Below, piece after piece: positions 56,983-64,000 of a stretch of DNA of 64,000 nt. The translations under genes and the position numbers were made by a program. How positions within the stretch are numbered: the stretch's first letter is position 1; every line of letters begins with the position of its first letter. Origin of the DNA: Myxococcales bacterium (GTDB taxonomy: Bacteria > Myxococcota > UBA727 > GCA-2721815); assembly GCA_002721815.1 (NCBI GenBank), contig PBLQ01000021.1, positions 65,460 through 129,459 on the forward strand. The letters are read 5' to 3'. The notes beneath the pieces were generated by a model that made no database searches, had not been told where the DNA came from, and was given only the letters and a program-made list of their open reading frames with translations.

Positions 56983-57873
56983 TTGCAAAGTTTAAGAACC
57001 ATATCTGATATGACCCACCGCCTGGTATTGGGAACTGTTCAACTGGGGATGGACTATGGAGTTAGTAATCTAGGGGGGCAGCCCAGCCGACAAGCCGCTT
57101 TTGAATTGCTAACTGCTGCATGGGAAGCTGGAATTCGGTATTTTGATACGGCACCGGTCTACGGCTCAGAGTCCTTATTGGGGAATTTCATTATCGCTAA
57201 CGGCGTCAATAGCGAAATAAAGATGCTGACGAAAATCCCAGAAATTAAGAATATGAACTCTTGGGAGGAGCAGTTTAATAATTCACTAAGTCGGTCTTTA
57301 GATAATCTAAAATGTACAACTATTGATACCCTTTTTTTTCACCATGCTTCCGATGCAAATCTGTTGAAAGCACACCCAGAAACATTTCATCGCATGATGA
57401 AACAATGGCCTGTCTCAAGTTTTGGCATATCAGTATACGAGCCAGGGGATTGCTTAGCATTTCAAACGGCAAATCTTCCGGTTGCCATTCAGTTCCCTTA
57501 CAACACGGTGAATCGCGTTTTTGATGCACTGGATTGGTCATTGGGGCCAAGGTTTGCACGTTCGGTTTTTTTGCAGGGGCTTTTGGCTTCAGCAGGAGCC
57601 TTGCGAGAAAATGTACCCCAAGCTGTCGTGGAATTTCATCGTTCGTATCATTCCCTCTTGGCTCAGGCTAATATTGAGCCAAAATCTTTTGCGCTCTCAT
57701 TTGCTTTGAACGCCGTAAATACTGATAAAGTTCTAATTGGCGTTAACTCTGTCAAAGAGTTAGAAGAGCTACTCGCTTGTCCTTTAATGACATCTTCAGA
57801 GCAGGAAGAAGTGTCTTTTCAAGGTCTTGTGATAAATCCGAAAGAGCTTGACCCGCGCGTATGGCCTTCCTGA
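56983..57873 (+). CDS. Aldo/keto reductase (nonulosonate-locus type)
   Basis: LVLGTVQLGMDYG, FDTAPVYGSE, GISVY, ARSVFLQGLL, DPRVW. Alternative start ATG 57010. Confidence 0.9.
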   Translation: MQSLRTISDMTHRLVLGTVQLGMDYGVSNLGGQPSRQAAFELLTAAWEAGIRYFDTAPVYGSESLLGNFIIANGVNSEIKMLTKIPEIKNMNSWEEQFNNSLSRSLDNLKCTTIDTLFFHHASDANLLKAHPETFHRMMKQWPVSSFGISVYEPGDCLAFQTANLPVAIQFPYNTVNRVFDALDWSLGPRFARSVFLQGLLASAGALRENVPQAVVEFHRSYHSLLAQANIEPKSFALSFALNAVNTDKVLIGVNSVKELEELLACPLMTSSEQEEVSFQGLVINPKELDPRVWPS

Positions 57874-57905
57874 TTATTTTAGGCTTTTTGAAACGCTCAG
57901 CAGGG

Positions 57906-58763
57906 TTATTCGAAAGATTTATAAGGTGACTTTTGAAGAAGTTGAATAAATATATCAGCGCTTTGTTTCATGCCAAAATGAGCTAATATTTGCAGCGCAC
58001 AATCTATTTCTTCTTCCGTATTTTTAAATGTTCTTTTTTGGTAAAGCCCCTGGTTGATTTTAAATATCCATGGATGCGCCACAGCCACTTGATTAAGTGT
58101 TTTTAAAGAGACCGTTTTCTTGCAGAAAGCGAATAGTAAAGAAAACATTGCAATATCTGCTGGGTAGTCGATTGTTAGCCGGATGTTTTTTATCAGGCTG
58201 GGGGTTTGAAATTCGTGTACTCGCGCTCGGGGATGATTTTTGAAACAAAGGGTTACATGTTCTTGTTCTTCTTGGGTTAATGCTTCGGCATTTATGGATT
58301 TAAAGGCCTCTCCGGATATGATTTCAAAGTTCATTCCAATCGGAAGACCGGTGGATCTGGTGTAGTGGTTATTTTGATCTTGGTGAGCCCTAATTGTTTC
58401 ATCCAAAAGGGAGGTATCAATAATAGGGTTATCACCGGTCACTCGAATGACAATATCCAAATCGTGTAACTGAGATACTTTTTGATATCTTTCAAAAACA
58501 TTATTCTCATCGCCTCTAAAACAAGGGATTCCTGATTGTGTTGTGAATTCTTCGATCTTGTCGTCAATCGGGTTTGATGTTGTTGCAATAATGATATCGG
58601 TGATGCGCTCAGAGCGATTGAGCTGCGCACAAATACGACCCAATAGAGTAGGGCCATCTGGGCCTGGTATAGGCATCATAACCTTGTCAGGAAGTCGGGT
58701 GGAGCCCATTCTTGCCTGTACAACCGCTCCGATTTTTAATTTAGACAATGGTCCATCCACCAT
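57906..58763 (-). CDS. SpsF-like cytidylyltransferase family protein
   Basis: VQARMGSTRLPDKV, FRGDENNV, RVTGDNP, EHVT, RLTIDYPAD. Confidence 0.9.
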   Translation of the reverse strand: MVDGPLSKLKIGAVVQARMGSTRLPDKVMMPIPGPDGPTLLGRICAQLNRSERITDIIIATTSNPIDDKIEEFTTQSGIPCFRGDENNVFERYQKVSQLHDLDIVIRVTGDNPIIDTSLLDETIRAHQDQNNHYTRSTGLPIGMNFEIISGEAFKSINAEALTQEEQEHVTLCFKNHPRARVHEFQTPSLIKNIRLTIDYPADIAMFSLLFAFCKKTVSLKTLNQVAVAHPWIFKINQGLYQKRTFKNTEEEIDCALQILAHFGMKQSADIFIQLLQKSPYKSFE

Positions 58764-59526
58764 CTATCACAAAATTTTGTCCCGTGATGTAGTTCGCTGC
58801 ATCTGAAGAAAGGAAAACAAAAATACCTCCAAGCTCAGCGGGGTGACCAATTCGATTTAGTGCCGTTTTTTTCTTTAGGGCTTCGGTAAAGGCAGTGTTT
58901 GCTTGGACGGCTTGTGATGGAAATGCTCCCGGCGTTACGACATTGACATTAATATTATGCTGACCCAAGTATGCCGCATAATATTTAGTTAGCTGGATAA
59001 CACCAGCCTTCGCCGCACCGTAGTGAGGAGGGTTTAATGACTCCGGTGCGTTATCGTACACCGAAAAGTCTGGCGCGACCATTCCGTACATAGACGAGAC
59101 ATTGATTATTTTACCATAACCTTGTTTTTTCATGATTGGAATGAGTGACTTAATGGTTCTAAATGTGGATGTTAGTGTCCCATCAAGCCCATGATTGAAA
59201 TCATCGTCACTCATGTTTTCGGGAGACTGCCCTTGAATAAAGAACGCATTGTTGATGAACGAATCAATGCGCCCTGTCTCGGCATGAATGCCATCAATGC
59301 TGTCTTTGATAGATTGATCGCTCGAAATGTCACAGTGTCGAAAAAAAAGTTTACTTTTATCTACTGAAGAAAACGCCTTGTTAAACTTATCCTCTGTACG
59401 CGCTAAGACATATACGGTTGCATCATGGCGCAACAAGCCGTTTACGATTTCATGGCCCAAATGGCCGTATCCGCCTGTTATCAGGACAACCTTGGAGCTT
59501 AGATTGATAAGTGGGGTTGTTTCCAT
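58741..59526 (-). CDS. Short-chain dehydrogenase/reductase (PtmA-like)
   Basis: TGGYGHLG, INNA, SSMYG, YGAAK, YITGQNFVIDGG. Confidence 0.9.
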   Translation of the reverse strand: METTPLINLSSKVVLITGGYGHLGHEIVNGLLRHDATVYVLARTEDKFNKAFSSVDKSKLFFRHCDISSDQSIKDSIDGIHAETGRIDSFINNAFFIQGQSPENMSDDDFNHGLDGTLTSTFRTIKSLIPIMKKQGYGKIINVSSMYGMVAPDFSVYDNAPESLNPPHYGAAKAGVIQLTKYYAAYLGQHNINVNVVTPGAFPSQAVQANTAFTEALKKKTALNRIGHPAELGGIFVFLSSDAANYITGQNFVIDGGWTIV

Positions 59527-59625
59527 TTGCAAGCTCAGAGTGAGGTTTGAATAGGCATATAATTGTTAAGATAAATCACTATATTTTAAATGACTGAGTC
59601 ATGTTAAATGCATCGCAGAAAAAGT

Positions 59626-61248
59626 TTAGGCCGCCTCATCTTTTTTCTCTTCCTTCCAGAATCCTCTTGGAAAAGGATGTGTTTTTTTATTTTCAACCTG
59701 AAATTTAAACGCTTGGAAAAACGGATCTTCGAATGGACTCTTGTCGTTCAGTAGATGGGCTGCGTCGAACCAGACTGGTATTTCTTCGTGCGGTTCAAGG
59801 CTGCTGCATACAAAGGTTGGCATGAATTGGGATTCGATACGAGAGCTCATGTAGATAAGATGCCAGTATGCCAATGCGCGCTCTTGTTGTTCTGATGAGA
59901 ATTCGAAGTGGTTTTCGATGTTCTCCAATATTTCAGAATATTCTTTTTGGCTTTTTGCCTGCATGGTGAACCCTTTGCCCCCGTAAAAACCATTTGCGGC
60001 AGTGACGGTTGGAATGCCGAGGCAAGGGAATTCCAAACCAGCCGAGCCTGAGCACGTCACCGCAGCGCTGGCGATATCGTAAAAGGTGTGAATGTGATAG
60101 TCGTCAGGTGCTAATGCTAGGTTTGGCGCGTTTTTAGCGTATTCATGGAAGATACTTTGTGCTGACTGTGTGCATTGGTAGCTGGGCTGATTAGGGTGTG
60201 CTTTTAGAAGCCAGTTCACATTCGGATTTTTTGTTGCTGCTTCCAATGTGCCCAGTAGCCATTGCACGTAATCATCAAAAATGTTTTCGGTACAAAAGTG
60301 GGGTGAATCTGTGAAGCAATGAGAAAAGATAGGCACGATTGGCTTGTTCGGGTCTAGATTTAATTCTTGGCAAAGCTCTTCACGGTTCAAAACCCTACGA
60401 CTGTCATCATGTGCTTTATGGTTTAAGGCCCCGTTATACCCTAGCCGTACTTTTTGTTTCGCATCTTCTAGGATTTCAGGAGTGATGTGTCGGAGTGATT
60501 CTTCAAACTCTTCACAACTAAATTCATATTCAAAATTAGAACACCCCTTAATCGTGTCGTCTCTACGGACCGTAAAAGCCGGGTAGCTGCGCTGCTTTTT
60601 TCCGTAAACCGGTATGCCCTTTGTGATGGCCATTCGAGACATGATGCCAAAGCGGTTATATACCCGGTGTCCCACTGTGAGCGCGCCTATTTTATAGTTT
60701 TTAAATAAATTGTTAGATAGATTGTAGTAATAGATACTAGAAAGTACGGCCTCTATGAGTTTGGGCGTGACCTCTGTTATCGTTCCAGGGCTCTCACCAG
60801 AGATAAAGCTATCATATATTAAATCTCCAATCGCTAATCCGTTCAACTCGGTTGCCAAAACAAATTCACGTAACTCTTCGGGACTTTTTGCCTGATTAAA
60901 GGGGAGGGTATTGAAAATGGCAGGAGGTACACGATCGCTTTCATCCTCAAAAACAAACTCATCAAAACCGAAAGATTTGGCAATGTTAATCATCCAATCA
61001 TGTTTGCGGCTGGGAGCCAGCACCACAGCTTTGAAACCCTCAAGATATTGAAGGTATTTTGCTGTGATGGCATTGCCTATCATGTAGCCTGGGTGTCCCA
61101 CCAAGAAATCGACCAATACATACTCGTCTCGGCCTGATGGAATGTTGTCTTCAAATTTAGACCAATATTTTTGATTAATTTCCGCAAAAAGATTTCTACA
61201 ATTCACCAAACCTTCAACGAGCTGAGCGGGGTATCTTTTTTCTGTCAT
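59626..61248 (-). CDS. Capsule-polysaccharide-biosynthesis-like (GT-B, putative nonulosonate transferase) protein
   Basis: IGDLIYDS, FSHCFTDSPH, WLLKAHP, VTCSGSAGLEFPCLGIP. Confidence 0.7.
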   Translation of the reverse strand: MTEKRYPAQLVEGLVNCRNLFAEINQKYWSKFEDNIPSGRDEYVLVDFLVGHPGYMIGNAITAKYLQYLEGFKAVVLAPSRKHDWMINIAKSFGFDEFVFEDESDRVPPAIFNTLPFNQAKSPEELREFVLATELNGLAIGDLIYDSFISGESPGTITEVTPKLIEAVLSSIYYYNLSNNLFKNYKIGALTVGHRVYNRFGIMSRMAITKGIPVYGKKQRSYPAFTVRRDDTIKGCSNFEYEFSCEEFEESLRHITPEILEDAKQKVRLGYNGALNHKAHDDSRRVLNREELCQELNLDPNKPIVPIFSHCFTDSPHFCTENIFDDYVQWLLGTLEAATKNPNVNWLLKAHPNQPSYQCTQSAQSIFHEYAKNAPNLALAPDDYHIHTFYDIASAAVTCSGSAGLEFPCLGIPTVTAANGFYGGKGFTMQAKSQKEYSEILENIENHFEFSSEQQERALAYWHLIYMSSRIESQFMPTFVCSSLEPHEEIPVWFDAAHLLNDKSPFEDPFFQAFKFQVENKKTHPFPRGFWKEEKKDEAA

Positions 61249-61298
61249 TGTATTTCCTTGCCAGTGTCTCGGCGTTTTCTGTTCAACGGCTACTGGTT

Positions 61299-61325
61299 CA
61301 ATCGGCCGATACGGAGAATTCTTTA
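61299..61325 (-). promoter_or_regulatory. Sigma28 (FliA)-type promoter
   Basis: Minus strand TAAA(61325-61322)-N15-GCCGATTG(61306-61299), about 50 nt above ATG 61248. Confidence 0.65.
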
Positions 61326-61508
61326 GGCCGATTAAAGTAGATCTAAGTCTGCCCCGAAAAAATAAAAAACAAGGTAAAACAGGGGCTTACAGCGATGCGG
61401 GAGATCGTCGGGTTTGAAAGTGAAAGCAAGGTTTAAGTTTTTTTGTCGCTTTTTCGATTAGTGGTAGTGAAGACAATGACGTCCCTGAGTGAAGTAGAGG
61501 AATCCAAT

Positions 61509-62762
61509 ATGAAATATCGAATTAAGGAAGTTAGCGAGCGTTTAGCCTTACCAGTATCGACCATTCGTCATTGGCAAAGCCAATTTCCTAACGCCATCAA
61601 GCCTCTTCGAACGGTTGGAGGCCAACGCCGATACACAGACGCTGATCTACGCACTTTCAAGGAGATCAAAGTGTTGGTGTATGAAAAAAAGCTGACCATT
61701 TCAGAGGTTAGAAGTCAGCTTAACGAGCGACCAGGTAACGGTGCCGAAGTTGACTGGTCTGGAAAAACCATTTTGTTAACCGGTGGTACAGGCTCATTTG
61801 GTAAGCATTTCTGTAAGGTTCTTCTGGAAAAGCATAATCCGAAAGCGATTCGTGTATATAGCCGGGACGAGCTCAAACAGTTTGAAATGCGACAAGAATT
61901 CAACGATGATCCTCGCCTTCGTTTTTTTATTGGGGATGTACGAGATGGAAACCGACTCCGCCGCGCTATGGAAGGTGTTGACTTTGTTGTTCACGCAGCA
62001 GCTATGAAACAGGTTCCCGCATGCGAATACAACCCTTTAGAGGCTGTTAAAACAAACGTGCACGGTGCGGTGAATATTATTGATGCCGCTTTGGACACCA
62101 AAGTCTCCAAAGTTGTCGCATTGAGTACAGATAAAGCAGTAAACCCTGCGAACCTCTACGGGGCCACCAAGCTGTGCTCTGATAAGCTTATCACCCAAGC
62201 AAATGCTTATTCCGGCGATAAAGGGACTCGGTTTGCATGCGTCCGTTACGGAAATGTCATAGGGAGTCGAGGTAGTGTCATTCCTTTGTTTAAGAAACAA
62301 CGAAAGACAGGATCAATTACGATTACAGACGATCGGATGACTCGCTTCTGGATCTGTTTAGATGATGCGGTGAAGCTTGTTCTAAATGCTTTTCGCTACA
62401 TGGAGGGCGGCGAGATTTTTGTTCCTCGAATTCCTTCGATGAGAATAACCGATTTGGCAAAAGCAATCGCTCCCGAGTGTGAAGTGAAGCACATCGGCAT
62501 TCGACCCGGTGAAAAGTTGCATGAGGCTTTAACTGGTGAAGATGAGGGGCGTCACACTGTCGCCTATAAAGGGATGTATGTCATTATGCCAGCGAGTTCA
62601 TGGTGGGAAAGACGAAATTATATTGACGCAAAAAAACTGCCTCCTGATTTCGTATACACAAGTGATAACAATGAAGATTGGATGTCCGTTGAGGAACTAA
62701 GGGCGATCGCCTACCCTAACGGCATTGAAGAAAGTGCAGCTAACCTTAAGCTGGTGTCATAA
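61509..62762 (+). CDS. pseB: UDP-N-acetylglucosamine 4,6-dehydratase (inverting) with N-terminal MerR-type HTH
   Basis: YRIKEVSERLALPVSTIRHW..RTVGGQRRY, then TGGTGSFG, SRDELKQ, HAAAMKQVPACEYNP, STDKA, YGATK, RYGNV. Confidence 0.93.
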   Translation: MKYRIKEVSERLALPVSTIRHWQSQFPNAIKPLRTVGGQRRYTDADLRTFKEIKVLVYEKKLTISEVRSQLNERPGNGAEVDWSGKTILLTGGTGSFGKHFCKVLLEKHNPKAIRVYSRDELKQFEMRQEFNDDPRLRFFIGDVRDGNRLRRAMEGVDFVVHAAAMKQVPACEYNPLEAVKTNVHGAVNIIDAALDTKVSKVVALSTDKAVNPANLYGATKLCSDKLITQANAYSGDKGTRFACVRYGNVIGSRGSVIPLFKKQRKTGSITITDDRMTRFWICLDDAVKLVLNAFRYMEGGEIFVPRIPSMRITDLAKAIAPECEVKHIGIRPGEKLHEALTGEDEGRHTVAYKGMYVIMPASSWWERRNYIDAKKLPPDFVYTSDNNEDWMSVEELRAIAYPNGIEESAANLKLVS

Positions 62763-62794
62763 AAAGACTCTTTATAGAGACCTGGAGGACAGGC

Positions 62795-63970
62795 ATGAGC
62801 ACCCATGATGAAAAAACATTCATTCCATATGGAAAACAAAGCATCAATCAAGAAGATATTGATGCTGTTGTCAGGGTACTTAAGTCGGGCTGGTTAACGA
62901 CCGGGCCTGAGGTTGCCTCTTTTGAAGGTGCGCTCAAAAAGGTGGCTCAAACGAAGCACGCCATGGCTTTGAGTAACGGTACCGCAGCACTTCATGCGGT
63001 TGCTCATGCATTACAACTCGGCCCTGGTGATGAAGTAATTGTTCCAACCATTACATTCACCGCCACCGCTAATGCTGCGGTCTATGTTGGCGCAACTCCA
63101 GTTTTTGCAGATGTGCGATCTGATGACATGCTTTTGGATCCTGAAGAGGTTAGAAAAAAGATAACCAAAAACACCAAGGCTATTTTTGCGGTGGATTTTG
63201 CCGGTCAGGCTTGCGATTACCATTCACTTCGAGGAATAGCCGATGAGTATGGTTTGGCTCTGGTATCTGACTCATGTCACGCCATTGGTGCGACCTATCA
63301 AGGAAAACCCATCGCTGATTGGGCAGACATGGCCATTTTTAGCTTCCATCCCGTTAAGCATATTTGTGCAGGGGAAGGTGGCGCGGTGGTGACCAACAAT
63401 GACTTGTGGGCGAAGCAGATACGTAGGTTTAGAAATCACGGTATCGATAAGGACGTCAGACAAAGGCAAGAACAGGGAACTTGGTACTACGAGCAAGTTG
63501 ATTTAGGTTATAACTATCGCTTGTCTGATATCCATTGTGCCTTGGGCCGAAGCCAGTTGGCCAAGTTGCCCAAATGGATTGAAGAGCGTCAAAGGGTGGC
63601 CAAAGCTTACGCTGGGTATTTTGCTGAGCAAACCGGTGTTCGTCCACTTGTTGCTCACAAAGATCGATCACATACCTACCATCTCATGATCGCCGTTTTT
63701 GATGATCAACAAAGTCGCGATAGCGCTTATGAGCTAATGCGCGCTCATCAAATCGGTGTCAATGTCCATTACACCCCAGTGCATCTTCAGCCTTTTTACC
63801 AAAACAACTATGGTACGGGTCCTGGAGACTGCCCCGTGGCAGAAAAACTTTATGATCGTATTTTGACTTTGCCCATGTACCCCGGCTTGACTCAAGAAGA
63901 TTTGGAACGGGTATTTGACTTGGTGTCGAACGTGGTTGTTCAACCGAATAACATTTCGAAGGCAGGATAA
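62795..63970 (+). CDS. pseC: UDP-4-amino-4,6-dideoxy-N-acetyl-beta-L-altrosamine transaminase
   Basis: IPYGKQSI, WLTTGP, SNGTAALH, SFHPVKHI (PLP Lys), GEGG, LGYNYRLSD. Follows pseB. Confidence 0.92.
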   Translation: MSTHDEKTFIPYGKQSINQEDIDAVVRVLKSGWLTTGPEVASFEGALKKVAQTKHAMALSNGTAALHAVAHALQLGPGDEVIVPTITFTATANAAVYVGATPVFADVRSDDMLLDPEEVRKKITKNTKAIFAVDFAGQACDYHSLRGIADEYGLALVSDSCHAIGATYQGKPIADWADMAIFSFHPVKHICAGEGGAVVTNNDLWAKQIRRFRNHGIDKDVRQRQEQGTWYYEQVDLGYNYRLSDIHCALGRSQLAKLPKWIEERQRVAKAYAGYFAEQTGVRPLVAHKDRSHTYHLMIAVFDDQQSRDSAYELMRAHQIGVNVHYTPVHLQPFYQNNYGTGPGDCPVAEKLYDRILTLPMYPGLTQEDLERVFDLVSNVVVQPNNISKAG

Positions 63971-64000
63971 AGATGTTCTTGAACGGGAAGCGAAGGTAAG

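Noticed and set aside
63973..63999. Start of the next pse gene
   Set aside because: ATG 63973 reaches TAA after 8 codons, so nothing can be supported before the window edge.

Overview
64 kb of a bacterial chromosome that looks like Myxococcota or another deltaproteobacterium. Supporting signs are the RpoZ sequence, a Hanks-type Ser/Thr kinase, MYXO-CTERM-like tails and Cys-rich PPC/TSP3 lipoproteins. Core genes: thiE, moeA, rpsP-khpA-rimM-trmD-SPOUT methyltransferase, rpoZ, mnmG, mnmE, a moxR-DUF58-bat cluster, fadI-fadJ and two paralogous acyl-CoA dehydrogenases. From about 55.4 kb there is a lower-GC nonulosonic acid (pseudaminic-type) glycosylation island with sigma28-like promoters and a MerR-HTH-PseB fusion. 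The most unusual feature is an intact, translationally coupled nuoJ-K-L-M-N-like operon (9910-15510). It has no nuoA/H or redox-subunit neighbours, and by manual alignment nearly all conserved proton-pumping Glu/Lys residues are replaced, so it may be a repurposed complex I membrane arm. Other notable items: a degenerate UshA-like/tetraheme cytochrome coupled to moeA; an APC-USP-PTS EIIA fusion; an RCC1 block inserted inside a TSP3 repeat; a terminator-flanked cassette between duplicated acyl-CoA dehydrogenases; and a rod-like, 6S-resembling RNA candidate. No rRNA, tRNA, CRISPR array or transposase was recognised. All calls come from motif reading, not database searches.
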